DNA of 50,099 nt from Candidatus Caldarchaeum sp. (GCA_038831915.1 JAWBKB010000012.1:1-50099); one strand, 5' to 3'. Positions 10,550 to 20,759 are shown, counted from the first letter of the stretch. The notes: a model not told the origin generated them from the letters alone. Translations and numbers: made by a program.

Positions 10550-11618
10550 CGAACACATAGTCAGAGCTGCTGTCTACGGCGGCGCGTTCTACGGCGGAGG
10601 CGGTGGGGGTGACATCGCAACTGGCTTGAAATACGGTCTCATGGCGATTGAATTGGGAGACCTTTACATCATCGACATCTCCACCGTGCAAAAAAAGTAC
10701 AGCTCCTCGTTAGTTTTAACGGCGTCGATACTTGGCGCGCCTTCGGCACGTCAAAAACACGTGACCCCATCGCACATAGTTAGGTCAGCTGAAATTATTT
10801 TGGAAGAATTGAAGGAACAAATCGCAGGGTTCATTACGGCAGAGAACGGCGGGTTTTCAAGCGTCAACGGCTGGATACCTGCGGCACTCCTGAATTTTCC
10901 CATCATAGACGCGCCCGCAGACGGTCGAGCACATCCAACAGGTGTTATGGGCTCGATGGGTCTTCACCGGTTGAAAGAATACGTTTCGATTCAAGCGGCA
11001 GTTGGAGGAAATCCAGAAACAGGTAGTTATGTCGAAATTCTCGCAAAAGGCTCTATCGCCAAAGTCGATAAGATAATGAGGGAGGCTTCTGTTCAAGCTG
11101 GAGGATTGGTAGCAATAACTCGTAACCCGGTCCCGATTTCATACGTCAAAACCCATGCGGCTCCAGAAGCTTTGTCCAAAGCCATTGCTGTCGGAGAGAT
11201 TATTCTCGAGCAGTTCGACGACGTTGAAAAGAAAATCGACGCCATAACCTCGTGTGCAGGAGGAAAAGTCGTCGATAGAGGAATTGTCGAGACCGTCAAG
11301 ATCACAACTGTGGGCGGATATGACGTTGGAAAAACGGTAGTTAAAGGTGAAAAAGAAGACTACGAGTTGTCATTCTTTAACGAATACATGACTTTGGAAA
11401 ATACTGCTGGGAAGAGATACGCCACGTTTCCAGACCTAATTACGACACTCGACGCTGAGACGTGCATACCTGTTACGACAGCCGAGCTTAAGGAGGGAAT
11501 GAAAATTCACATAACTATCGTGCCAAAAGAAAGGGTGCCGCTCGGCGCAGGCGTCAAAGACGTTGAGCAGCTGCGTTTCGTGGAGAATATCATCGAGAAG
11601 AGGCTGGTTTTCCAATAG
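10533..11618 (+). CDS. DUF917 family protein
   Basis: GGGGGG N-terminal loop, ENGG..N, DGRAHP, NEYM, TFPDLI. Confidence 0.8.
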   Translation: MMKKVDEHIVRAAVYGGAFYGGGGGGDIATGLKYGLMAIELGDLYIIDISTVQKKYSSSLVLTASILGAPSARQKHVTPSHIVRSAEIILEELKEQIAGFITAENGGFSSVNGWIPAALLNFPIIDAPADGRAHPTGVMGSMGLHRLKEYVSIQAAVGGNPETGSYVEILAKGSIAKVDKIMREASVQAGGLVAITRNPVPISYVKTHAAPEALSKAIAVGEIILEQFDDVEKKIDAITSCAGGKVVDRGIVETVKITTVGGYDVGKTVVKGEKEDYELSFFNEYMTLENTAGKRYATFPDLITTLDAETCIPVTTAELKEGMKIHITIVPKERVPLGAGVKDVEQLRFVENIIEKRLVFQ

Positions 11619-11644
11619 TAGGATGTATATTGCTACGTGATTAG

Positions 11645-12610
11645 TTGTTGGTTCTCGAAATTCGTGACTTGGTTGTTCAATACGAGACTTTGGGCGGGTC
11701 CGTTAAGGCAGTTGACGGCGTTTCCTTATCGCTTGAGAAAGGAGAAGCTCTCGCGATAGTTGGTGAATCGGGATGCGGAAAAACAACGCTGGCGTTCTCG
11801 ATAGTGCGTCTCCTTCCCAAAAACGCGCGGATAGTTAAAGGCAGTATAGTACTGAAGCCAGACGGAATCGACCTCGTCAAAATTTCACATTCGGAAATGC
11901 AGAAAATTAGAGGCAGAAGAATAGGAATGGTGTTTCAGGACCCGATGACGTTTCTCAACCCTGCTATTAAGATAGGCAATCAGATAGCCGAAGGACTTGT
12001 CTGGCATTATGGGGTCTCGTGGGAAGAGGCGCGGAAACAAGCCGTTAACCTTTTGGAGAAGCTGAAAATTCCAGACCCTGTGAATGTGGCTTCACGCTAT
12101 CCGCATCAACTCAGCGGAGGTATGAAACAAAGAGTGATGATAGCCATCGCCATTTCTTGCAAGCCGGATTTGCTCATAGCAGACGAACCGACCACCGCTT
12201 TGGACGTAACGGTTCAAGCCGAAGTTCTTGAATTGATAAAATCTTTGATAAAAGATATGGGGATGTCGTTGATTCTTATTACTCACGACCTTGGGATAGT
12301 TGCGGAGATATGCGACAAAGTGGCGATAATGTATGCTGGTAAAATTGTCGAAATGGCTGATGTATACAGCCTCTACAAAAACCCTCTTCATCCCTACACA
12401 TCTGGGCTTCTCAGCGCGGCGGCAAGTATCGCCGGCTCGTCCGAGAAAGTCTCATCCATTCCGGGGACAACACCCAGCCTCATAAACCCGCCATCGGGAT
12501 GCAGGTTCCATCCAAGATGTCCCTACATGTTCGAGAAATGTACAACCCTCGAACCGTCGTTATTATCGGTAGGCGGAACACGTCAAGTTGCTTGTTGGCT
12601 GCGAGAGTGA
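11645..12610 (+). CDS. dppD: Oligo/dipeptide ABC transporter ATP-binding protein (DppD-like)
   Basis: GESGCGKT, LSGGMKQR, DEPTTALD, C-terminal GCRFHPRC. Confidence 0.92.
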   Translation: MLVLEIRDLVVQYETLGGSVKAVDGVSLSLEKGEALAIVGESGCGKTTLAFSIVRLLPKNARIVKGSIVLKPDGIDLVKISHSEMQKIRGRRIGMVFQDPMTFLNPAIKIGNQIAEGLVWHYGVSWEEARKQAVNLLEKLKIPDPVNVASRYPHQLSGGMKQRVMIAIAISCKPDLLIADEPTTALDVTVQAEVLELIKSLIKDMGMSLILITHDLGIVAEICDKVAIMYAGKIVEMADVYSLYKNPLHPYTSGLLSAAASIAGSSEKVSSIPGTTPSLINPPSGCRFHPRCPYMFEKCTTLEPSLLSVGGTRQVACWLRE

Positions 12611-12616
12611 TGAATC

Positions 12617-13621
12617 ATGGATGAAAAAAAATTGCTTAAAATCGTTAACCTGAAAAAGTATTTTCCTGCAGGCAGAACGCTTTACGGCAGAGCGAAAAGC
12701 TTCGTGAAAGCCGTGGACGACGTAAGCTTTGAAGTCGGTGAAGGAGAAACCCTGGGCATAGTCGGCGAAAGCGGCTCTGGAAAAACCACTTTGGCCCGTT
12801 TGATAATGCGACTTATTGAGCCCACGGCCGGCAAAATATACTTCCAAGGTGTTGACATACTTTCTCTAAATGCCAGAGAGATGTTAAAGATTCGTCCCAT
12901 GATGCAAATGATCTTTCAAGACCCGATGGCATCACTAAACCCACGTAAAAAGGTTCGCCAAACCTTGAAGCAAGTCTACAAACTGCACACGGATTTGTCT
13001 GATGAAGAAATCGATGCCAAAATCGCTGAACTTCTCGAAAGGGTTGGCATGTCGCCGCCGGAGCTGTTTCTCGAAAGATATCCTCACGAACTGAGCGGCG
13101 GACAGCGACAGAGAATCTGCATAGCGAGGGCAATTGCTTTAAACCCGAAAGTGATAATAGCAGACGAACCAGTATCTGCCCTCGATGTCTCCATACGTGG
13201 ACAAATAATCAATCTACTTCTTGAATTGCGTAAACAATTCCCAAAAATAGCTTACATCATAATCTCACACGACATCGCGCTGATTCGGGCCATGTGCAGT
13301 AAAACTCTTGTGATGTATGCTGGAAAAGCCGTCGAATTCGGCGAAACCAACGACGTTATTCATAAACCCCTACATCCTTATACGGCGATGCTGATTTCCG
13401 CGTTGCCCTTACCAGACCCAGAGTTAACGAGAAAACGCATCCGCACGCCGATTACAGGTGAAACCCCTTCGCTAATCAATCCACCTTCTGGATGCAGATT
13501 CCATCCCAGATGTCCCTACGTCATGGAAAAATGCAAACAAGTTCATCCGCCGCATGTGGGAGCAGGCGAAAGAATGGTTTCTTGCTATCTCTACGGAGAG
13601 TCGACGGACACGAATACCTAA
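12617..13621 (+). CDS. dppF: Oligo/dipeptide ABC transporter ATP-binding protein (DppF-like)
   Basis: GESGSGKT, LSGGQRQR, DEPVSALD, GCRFHPRC. Confidence 0.92.
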   Translation: MDEKKLLKIVNLKKYFPAGRTLYGRAKSFVKAVDDVSFEVGEGETLGIVGESGSGKTTLARLIMRLIEPTAGKIYFQGVDILSLNAREMLKIRPMMQMIFQDPMASLNPRKKVRQTLKQVYKLHTDLSDEEIDAKIAELLERVGMSPPELFLERYPHELSGGQRQRICIARAIALNPKVIIADEPVSALDVSIRGQIINLLLELRKQFPKIAYIIISHDIALIRAMCSKTLVMYAGKAVEFGETNDVIHKPLHPYTAMLISALPLPDPELTRKRIRTPITGETPSLINPPSGCRFHPRCPYVMEKCKQVHPPHVGAGERMVSCYLYGESTDTNT

Positions 13622-13659
13622 AAAGGTTTTTAAGGTGAACACATACAGGAGGAGCTCAA

Positions 13660-14628
13660 TTGCCGTTCAACTTTATCTTTGTGTTGAAGAAGGTCATACA
13701 GTACGCACTAACAGTTATCGCGGTCATAGTGCTTACATTTCTGCTCGTAAACCTGGCTCCGGGAGACCCCACGTATGTTCTCGTCGGAGAAGTTGGAGAC
13801 GAACAATTCGTCAGAGCAGCTCGAGAAAGACTTGGTCTGGACCGCCCCATTCATGAAAGGTTGATAATCTATCTTTCGAACGTTGTACACGGAGACCTAG
13901 GCTATTCATATCTGAGGTCCGAATCCGTGGCAAATCTGATATTGGCTCGAATACCCGCCACTTTGCTTCTTGTGTTAACAGCGATGCTCGTTTCGGCATT
14001 AGTAGGAATACTCGTCGGCACAGTTGCGGCGGCTAAAGGCGGCGGACTGGACTTATCGCTTTCGCTTTTGTCGCTGTTCGGAATATCCATTCCCTACTTC
14101 TGGCTTGGACAGATAATATTAATCGTGTTCGCGGTTTATCTCGGCTGGTTCCCGATAGGCGGCATGGTTACTATCGGCGCTGGATATGAAGGGCCTGAAT
14201 ATGTTCTCGACGTTTTACGACATCTCGTTTTACCCGTCATGACGCTCGCCACCTTTAACATAGCGTACACCACTAAAATAACGCGGGGTAGCGTGTTAGA
14301 AGCGCTTACACAAGACTACATCATAACAGCCAAATCAAAGGGAATTTCTGACCGTCGGGTGATTTTTGTACACGCTTTGAGAAACGCGCTAATCCCCGTA
14401 GTAACATACACGGGCTTCAACACTGGAGTGTTGCTTGTAGGAGCAATACTGACCGAAACCGTTTTCGCATGGCCGGGAATGGGCTCGCTTCTATACGACT
14501 CTATAAGATTGAGAGATTATCCAGTAGTCCTTGGCGTGTTCATCTATGGCTCGGTCATAATCATAATAGCCAACCTAATAGTCGACGTTGTCTATGGACT
14601 CTTAGACCCAAGAATAAGAGTGAGGTGA
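13660..14628 (+). CDS. dppB: Peptide ABC transporter permease (DppB-like)
   Basis: PGDP, GDLGYS, DYIITAKSKG...HALRNA, ETVFAWPGMG. Confidence 0.92.
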   Translation: MPFNFIFVLKKVIQYALTVIAVIVLTFLLVNLAPGDPTYVLVGEVGDEQFVRAARERLGLDRPIHERLIIYLSNVVHGDLGYSYLRSESVANLILARIPATLLLVLTAMLVSALVGILVGTVAAAKGGGLDLSLSLLSLFGISIPYFWLGQIILIVFAVYLGWFPIGGMVTIGAGYEGPEYVLDVLRHLVLPVMTLATFNIAYTTKITRGSVLEALTQDYIITAKSKGISDRRVIFVHALRNALIPVVTYTGFNTGVLLVGAILTETVFAWPGMGSLLYDSIRLRDYPVVLGVFIYGSVIIIIANLIVDVVYGLLDPRIRVR

Positions 14629-14630
14629 AA

Positions 14631-15488
14631 ATGAACATTCGCCGAAACCCGTTCGGCAAAATTCTTTCGTCAGAGAGTCCAAAAATCAACGGCCGGCTCA
14701 AGGCAGGAATAATAGTTGTTTCCGTCGTAGTGTTGGCCGCCGTTATGGCACCGTTGATAACTTGGAATCCACCGCTCAAAACCCTGACCGGAAGACCTTT
14801 CACCACACCCGAGTTGTCGCATCCATTTGGGACCGACGACCTTGGACGCGACATATACAGCAACGTCATATATGGAATCAGAACCTCGTTGATGGTGGGT
14901 TTTAGCTCGGTAGCCATAGCTCTTACAATCGGAACTTTGGTCGGAATGCTAGCCGGCTACTATGGCGGCAGGCTTGAAGACATTTTGATGAGAGCGACCG
15001 ACGTCACCTTAATTCTTCCCCAGTTTCTTCTCGCCCTCGTGATAGTAGCTATATTCGGACAGACATTCACGAACATTATCATAGCCATAGGGATAGTAAG
15101 TTGGCCGGGTATTGCCCGCATGATGAGAGCGGAATTTCTATCGATAAAGGAGAGGTCCTTCGTCGAGGTGGCGAAGGCGATAGGTTTACCTGATTCGAAA
15201 ATAATCGTTGGCGAAATACTTCCGAATGCGTTTCCCGCCGTTATTCCTTATGTAATTCTACAAGTAAATTCCGCTATTCTCATCGAAGCTGGTCTAGGTT
15301 TCCTTGGAGTAGCAGACCCAAACGTGCCAAGCCTTGGCCTAATGTTGAACACAGCTCAGCAATATCTGATGGTCGCATGGTGGATGGCAGTCTTCCCCGG
15401 ATTGATGCTTTCAATTATTGTTGTAGGACTCAACCTGTTAGGGGACGGTCTCGTTGAACATTTGAATCCGAGGCTTAGAAAAAGATAG
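14631..15488 (+). CDS. dppC: Peptide ABC transporter permease (DppC-like)
   Basis: HPFGTDDLGRD and EAA loop FVEVAKAIG. Start moved to ATG 14631, which follows a GAGGTG Shine-Dalgarno. Confidence 0.9.
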   Translation: MNIRRNPFGKILSSESPKINGRLKAGIIVVSVVVLAAVMAPLITWNPPLKTLTGRPFTTPELSHPFGTDDLGRDIYSNVIYGIRTSLMVGFSSVAIALTIGTLVGMLAGYYGGRLEDILMRATDVTLILPQFLLALVIVAIFGQTFTNIIIAIGIVSWPGIARMMRAEFLSIKERSFVEVAKAIGLPDSKIIVGEILPNAFPAVIPYVILQVNSAILIEAGLGFLGVADPNVPSLGLMLNTAQQYLMVAWWMAVFPGLMLSIIVVGLNLLGDGLVEHLNPRLRKR

Positions 15489-15493
15489 AATCT

Positions 15494-16180
15494 CTAAAAA
15501 AGCTCCGAAACTATTTTCCCAACGACGCCTCTGGTGGACATGATTTTTGCAGACGGAGCCGTTTTCCTCAAAGCTTTCTTCTGGCGGAAACTGTATCCAA
15601 CACAATCCATAACGACTAGCTTGACATCGGCTTTCCTCAATCGTTGGCCTACTTGAACAAATTCATCCAAACCAGCAGTGTAGGGTGAAATCGGCACGAT
15701 CAAAGGCTCGGGGAAGTATTTACTCCATTTGTTATATCCATATTGGAGATGGTCAGTAGAGGGAACCAAAACTGCGGCGTTGCCTTTGTAATGAATGCTT
15801 GAGACGATGCCTTTGAGAATTTTGTCAGGGTAAATTACTATTGAGTAAGACTCGAATTCGGGAAATTCTCCAGAACACATTATCACGACCGCGTCTACAT
15901 TAATTTTATCAAGTTGCTCAATTTTTTCCTTCATTAGAGGCATCAATTTTTCTTTGCTGATTTTGACTTCCTGACCGCTTCTCATTCTTGTGACGTAAAC
16001 AGTCTCTCCGGGTTCCGGTCGAAGAACTTTTGACACCTCTTCTAAGTTGGCGAAATGGTCGAGTGCTCCGACCTGTATCACTTCCACTTCTTTCGGCAGA
16101 CTATCCTGTATATCATCCATGATGTCTGTTCTGGGTGACTGTCCGATTGTGACAAACCCAATAACGGCTTGCTTCAACAA
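15494..16180 (-). CDS. aroM: AroM family protein
   Basis: VTIGQSPRTD, YVTRMRSG, MCSGEF and MDCVGY motifs. Confidence 0.82.
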   Translation of the reverse strand: MLKQAVIGFVTIGQSPRTDIMDDIQDSLPKEVEVIQVGALDHFANLEEVSKVLRPEPGETVYVTRMRSGQEVKISKEKLMPLMKEKIEQLDKINVDAVVIMCSGEFPEFESYSIVIYPDKILKGIVSSIHYKGNAAVLVPSTDHLQYGYNKWSKYFPEPLIVPISPYTAGLDEFVQVGQRLRKADVKLVVMDCVGYSFRQKKALRKTAPSAKIMSTRGVVGKIVSELF

Positions 16181-16265
16181 ATCTCTCTTTTGTTCGCTGT
16201 GTTATAATAGTTTTTACAGTCTTCATCCTTATATCGGTCAACTAGCAGTGCTCTAGTGAAGTCCA

Positions 16266-17282
16266 ATGTTTATGGAGCTTTATCAAGCGTGTTTGAAAAC
16301 TGTCCGTGATCTCTGTCTTGTAAAACCCGGAGAGCAGGTTTTGATTTTAGCTGATACGGCTATCGACGTTGAGATGGTTAAGCTCTTGGCTTCCGCCGTT
16401 AAATCTCTGGATGCTGAGCCCATGATTGCGATTTATGAAACACGTGAAGAAGTTGACGTCGAACCGCCTAAGCATGTAGGGGAAGCCATGAAAGCTAGCG
16501 ACGTCATCGTAAGCCTACCTTTGATGTATATCTTGCATACAAAAACGTACAACGAGGCAATCAAAGCTGGAGCACGAATACTCGAGCTCACTGGCACCAC
16601 TCCAGACATGATGATACGTCTTGTCGGACGTGTTGACTACCGCAAGATGTGCGAGCTCGGCGACCAACTTTCGGAATTGACCAAACAGGCCAGAAAAGTG
16701 AAAATAACCAGCCCTAACGGGACGGACTTCGTATTCGAAAATGATCATAGAAGGCCTGTTTTCCACAACGACGGCATAATGAATTTGAAAGGCTTCTATA
16801 AGCCTTTGGGAGGCCAGATTTCGTGGGCGCCGGTTGAAGAAAGCTTCGAGGGTGTTTTGGTCGCAGACACGTTTGTATGGCCTCCTGCTGAGATCGGAAT
16901 GCTCAAAAACCCCGTGAAAATCGTCATGAAGAACGGAAAGATCTCAAAAATTGAAGGAGGTGTCGAAGCGAAGATTTTTGAAAAATGGTTGACTGGTTGG
17001 CAGGACGAAAAAATGTATCAAGTCGCGCACGCTTCTTGGGGTTTTCATCCAAAAGCCAAGCTGACGGGAGTGCCGCTCGAGGATGAAAGGCTATACGCCG
17101 GAGTTGAGTTTGGGTTTGGCGCTCAAAGCCTCAAGTTTCAAGGCAAGCTCGGGCTGGCTTCTGCTCATACAGACCTAGGTGTCTATAATCCCGATGTGTA
17201 CTTTGACGACGTTCTCGTTGCTTCAAACGGACGTTTCGTACACGAAAAACTCCGAAAATTAGACAAAGCTTTAAAAGGATAA
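16266..17282 (+). CDS. M29/aminopeptidase-T-fold protein, possibly NicX-like
   Basis: LCLVKPGEQVLILAD, ITSPNGTD, AHASWG...EDER...HTD. Confidence 0.7.
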   Translation: MFMELYQACLKTVRDLCLVKPGEQVLILADTAIDVEMVKLLASAVKSLDAEPMIAIYETREEVDVEPPKHVGEAMKASDVIVSLPLMYILHTKTYNEAIKAGARILELTGTTPDMMIRLVGRVDYRKMCELGDQLSELTKQARKVKITSPNGTDFVFENDHRRPVFHNDGIMNLKGFYKPLGGQISWAPVEESFEGVLVADTFVWPPAEIGMLKNPVKIVMKNGKISKIEGGVEAKIFEKWLTGWQDEKMYQVAHASWGFHPKAKLTGVPLEDERLYAGVEFGFGAQSLKFQGKLGLASAHTDLGVYNPDVYFDDVLVASNGRFVHEKLRKLDKALKG

Positions 17283-17286
17283 AGAC

Positions 17287-18216
17287 TTACTTCAAGGCTG
17301 AATCGACGCCGAGTAATGAAGCTATGAGAGAAGCTCTAACAACAACACCATTTTCAGCTTGCTGAAAATATTTGGCCTCTGGAAGCTGATCAACTTCCGT
17401 CGACAGTTCGTCAACTCTTGGAAGAGGATGCATGATGACGGGGATTTTTGGCAACTTTTTCAGCGAATCGATTGTTACTGTGTAGCTTCCCTTCAATTCT
17501 TCGTGTGTCTTCTGGTCGGAAAATCTCTCCTTCTGTAAACGTGTTACGTAGAGAACGTCGAGCTCGTCTTTTACCTCTTCAAGCTTGGAGTGTTGATGGA
17601 CTTCAAAACGTTCAACCTCTCTCAGGACTTCTTCGCGTATTTGGAGCTGTGGCGGGGCGATGTAATGAAACACGATGCCGTCAAATTTTGAAAGGAGGAA
17701 TGAGAGGCTGCTGGGTGTTCTGCCGTATTTTAGGTCACCCATAATACCGATTCTGAGATTATCGACTTTTCCGAAAATTTCCCATATCGTGTAGACGTCG
17801 AGCAAGGCCTGTGTTGGATGTTCGTTCCATCCATCGCCGGCGTTGATGACTGAACACCTTACGATTTTTGAGGCTTTTTCCGCGGCGCCGACTTCTTTGC
17901 TTCTCAAAACAATTACGTCAGGATTGTATCCGTCAAGCATCTTCATGGTGTCTTCGAAGGATTCTCCTTTGGCTCTGCTCGTGATCTCTTCGGGTCCGAA
18001 ATCTACAACGTCTCCGCCAATTCTTTTCATTGCAAACACAAAGCTTAGACGTGTCCGTGTGCTCGGCTCGAGAAAAACAGTCATCAAAATTCGACGCTCA
18101 GCGATGTTTAACAGCTTACCTTGGCTTAGCAGCGTCTTGATTTTCTTCGATTGTTCAAAGAGCTTCATGACAGTGGAGCGGTCGAACTGCTTAGCGGATA
18201 TGACGTGCTTGAACAC
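17287..18216 (-). CDS. pyrB: Aspartate carbamoyltransferase catalytic subunit
   Basis: EPSTRTRLSF, INAGDG..EHPTQ, GDLKYGRT, TRLQKER, HPLPR. Confidence 0.95.
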   Translation of the reverse strand: MFKHVISAKQFDRSTVMKLFEQSKKIKTLLSQGKLLNIAERRILMTVFLEPSTRTRLSFVFAMKRIGGDVVDFGPEEITSRAKGESFEDTMKMLDGYNPDVIVLRSKEVGAAEKASKIVRCSVINAGDGWNEHPTQALLDVYTIWEIFGKVDNLRIGIMGDLKYGRTPSSLSFLLSKFDGIVFHYIAPPQLQIREEVLREVERFEVHQHSKLEEVKDELDVLYVTRLQKERFSDQKTHEELKGSYTVTIDSLKKLPKIPVIMHPLPRVDELSTEVDQLPEAKYFQQAENGVVVRASLIASLLGVDSALK

Positions 18217-18301
18217 GTGATGTTCTGTTTAAATACGTTATTTAACTGTGCTTTGATGTGAAATTATTCTTATATACTGAACGGCGGGGATAGATTCTGA
18301 G

Positions 18302-19651
18302 ATGTCTCAGCAGAAAGCCGAGTCTGGGCCTCTCGGCCGCGTGTTTGACGACTTTGTGAAATGGCTGGTTGACAGGTTGGAAAGAACCCCCATCGTCACT
18401 TTCAGGTTTCAGATTCCCAGAATGGCTGTAAGCCCGTTCGGCTATTTGGGAACTTTGACGGCAATAGTCTTTGCTTTATTGGGAATCACCGGCGCGCTTC
18501 TTATGTTTTATTACAGGCCAGACGTCAACTTGGCCTACAGTAGCGTGAAGGAAATCGAAGAAAAAATCGCGTATGGATTCTTCATCCGAAACATACATTA
18601 CCATGCTTCGAACGCCATGGTTTTTCTCGCCATCGCTCATCTCTTCTACCAGTATTTCAGCGGGAGATACAAAGTCAAGAACGAAGTCATATGGGTTACG
18701 GGAGTAATACTCGGCACGGTAACTGTTCTCGAAGCATTTACCGGATATGACCTCATACTCAACCAAAGAGCCATGCTTGCCGTCAACATCGCTGTCGGGC
18801 TGACCAACGCCGCACCAATTCTGGGACCGCAGCTCGCCCCCATTCTCCTCGGCGGAGGCCTCTACGACCTCATCATAAGGTTCTACGCTTTGCATGTGTT
18901 TATTCTACCGATGATAATGATTCTACTTGCACTCGTTCATTTCCCACGGAACCTTGTTTTCGACCCACCGGTAGTTGCAGGCGTTATCGGTGCTATCCTA
19001 ATCGCGGGAGGGCTTTTCCCAGTTGAGCTCGGCATCAAATACGACCCAACAAGAGCTATCGTCGAAGTTCCGGAATGGTATCTCACAGCGATTTACGCGT
19101 TCATCCGAACGGGTTTGGAAAGGTTCACTTCCGGGGCTCTGCTGCCGCTGTTGTTCATCATGTTCTTCCTCCTTGTGCCGTTCGTGGATAGGTCAAAAAA
19201 ACTCAGCTGGAAGGAAAGACCCTTCTTTACCGCGGCAGGGATATCATCCATCGTGTTGATAATTGTCACCACTGTTTGGGGATTCTACACAACACCCAGA
19301 GTCGATGCTTTCACCGCGGTTTACATAGAGCCGCTCGTGTTCTACTCAGTTCTTGCCTTCCTAATCGCGGCGTCGTTCATCATCAGCTACAAATACATCG
19401 CCCCACCGCCTTCCGCGAGACAGCCGAAGCCACCGGTTCGGACGAGGCCGATAACCTTCCAGCTTCCATACGAATGGTCCGTCAGAATAATCATGGGACT
19501 TCTCGCCGTCAACGCCATTCTCGCCCTAGTTGCTTTCCAGAACTACCTTGAAGGGCTGAAGAATCTATCGCTGTTCAACCTCGGAGTGATAGTGATGATT
19601 TTCGGACTCATCGCTCACATCTACCGGCACGCGATGCAGTCAATCAAGTAG
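18302..19651 (+). CDS. petB: Cytochrome b of a Rieske/cytochrome b complex (unsplit, with C-terminal TM extension)
   Basis: Heme-ligand His pairs in RNIHYHASNAMVFLAIAH and RFYALHVFILP...VH; PEWY motif. Confidence 0.88.
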   Translation: MSQQKAESGPLGRVFDDFVKWLVDRLERTPIVTFRFQIPRMAVSPFGYLGTLTAIVFALLGITGALLMFYYRPDVNLAYSSVKEIEEKIAYGFFIRNIHYHASNAMVFLAIAHLFYQYFSGRYKVKNEVIWVTGVILGTVTVLEAFTGYDLILNQRAMLAVNIAVGLTNAAPILGPQLAPILLGGGLYDLIIRFYALHVFILPMIMILLALVHFPRNLVFDPPVVAGVIGAILIAGGLFPVELGIKYDPTRAIVEVPEWYLTAIYAFIRTGLERFTSGALLPLLFIMFFLLVPFVDRSKKLSWKERPFFTAAGISSIVLIIVTTVWGFYTTPRVDAFTAVYIEPLVFYSVLAFLIAASFIISYKYIAPPPSARQPKPPVRTRPITFQLPYEWSVRIIMGLLAVNAILALVAFQNYLEGLKNLSLFNLGVIVMIFGLIAHIYRHAMQSIK

Positions 19652-19712
19652 AACTACCCGTTTGTTGTAGGGAATTGTTTTTATTCTAACCAGCTCGTTA
19701 TTACCGTGGGCA

Positions 19713-20705
19713 TTGCAGCTGGTCGACGGCTTCGGAAGAGTGGCGCGGAAACTCCGTCTATCCGTGACTGACCGATGTAACTTTAGATGCGACTTCTGCA
19801 TGCCATTGAACCCCGTCTGGCTACCTCATTCAGAAATCCTCACCTACGAAGAAATGACACGCGTGGTGAGAATTCTCGCGGACATGAATGTGACTAAGCT
19901 TCGGCTTAGCGGCGGCGAGCCTCTGCTGAGAAAAGACATCGAAGCAGGTGTCAAACTTTTCAGGTCTGTTGAGAAAATTGAATCGATATCGATGACTACC
20001 AACGGTTATTTCCTCGCGGAGAAAGCCAAAGCACTTAAGCAAGCGGGCCTCGACAGCGTAACCATAAGCCTTCACAGCCTGAAGCCCGAAAGGTTTGAAC
20101 TAATAGTCGGGAGAAAGGACGTGTTCAGCAAAGTTTTGGACGGCATAAAAGCTGCGAAAAACGCCGGGCTTAAACCGATAAAGATTAACTGCGTCATCAC
20201 ACGAGGCTGCAACGATGACGAAATAATTGACTTCGTCGACCTCGGTCGTCAGTCTGGCTTCGCCATCCGGTTTATTGAATACATGCCTTTTGACGGACGC
20301 CATCCATGGGATGTTTCCCGGCTTGTTCCAGGCTCGGAGATAATCGCAAAAATTGAGGAGAAATACAGGTTGTTGAAGTTGCCACGGGAACCTGGCAGCA
20401 CGGCTGTCAGTTACGAGTTCGCCGACGGTTCACCGGGAAGCGTCAGCGTCATCACTTCGATGACTCAGCCATTTTGCGGAGACTGCGACCGCATCCGTTT
20501 AACAGCCGACGGAAAAATAGTTCCCTGCCTGTTCAGTCGCGACGAATACGACCTCAAAAAGCTCCTAAGAGGAAACGCAACCGACAGTGAAATAGCTGAA
20601 TTCATCAGACAAAGCTTTAGGAAAAAATTCGCCGGAGTCGAGACGCTGCTGAAAAACAAATCCTTGGCACCCTTGGTGCGTCCTATGCATACGATTGGAG
20701 GTTAG
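19713..20705 (+). CDS. moaA: GTP 3',8-cyclase MoaA
   Basis: CNFRCDFC radical-SAM motif, GGEP, FCGDCDRIRL...PCL, C-terminal IGG. Confidence 0.95.
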   Translation: MQLVDGFGRVARKLRLSVTDRCNFRCDFCMPLNPVWLPHSEILTYEEMTRVVRILADMNVTKLRLSGGEPLLRKDIEAGVKLFRSVEKIESISMTTNGYFLAEKAKALKQAGLDSVTISLHSLKPERFELIVGRKDVFSKVLDGIKAAKNAGLKPIKINCVITRGCNDDEIIDFVDLGRQSGFAIRFIEYMPFDGRHPWDVSRLVPGSEIIAKIEEKYRLLKLPREPGSTAVSYEFADGSPGSVSVITSMTQPFCGDCDRIRLTADGKIVPCLFSRDEYDLKKLLRGNATDSEIAEFIRQSFRKKFAGVETLLKNKSLAPLVRPMHTIGG

Positions 20706-20759
20706 ATGGTTACGCACGTTTATTAGAAACCGGTTTTCTCTATCTGTTCGGCGATTAGG

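Noticed and set aside
12475-13530. Similar DNA at the 3' ends of dppD and dppF
   Set aside because: Explained by the shared paralogous PSLINPPSGCRFHPRCPY motif.
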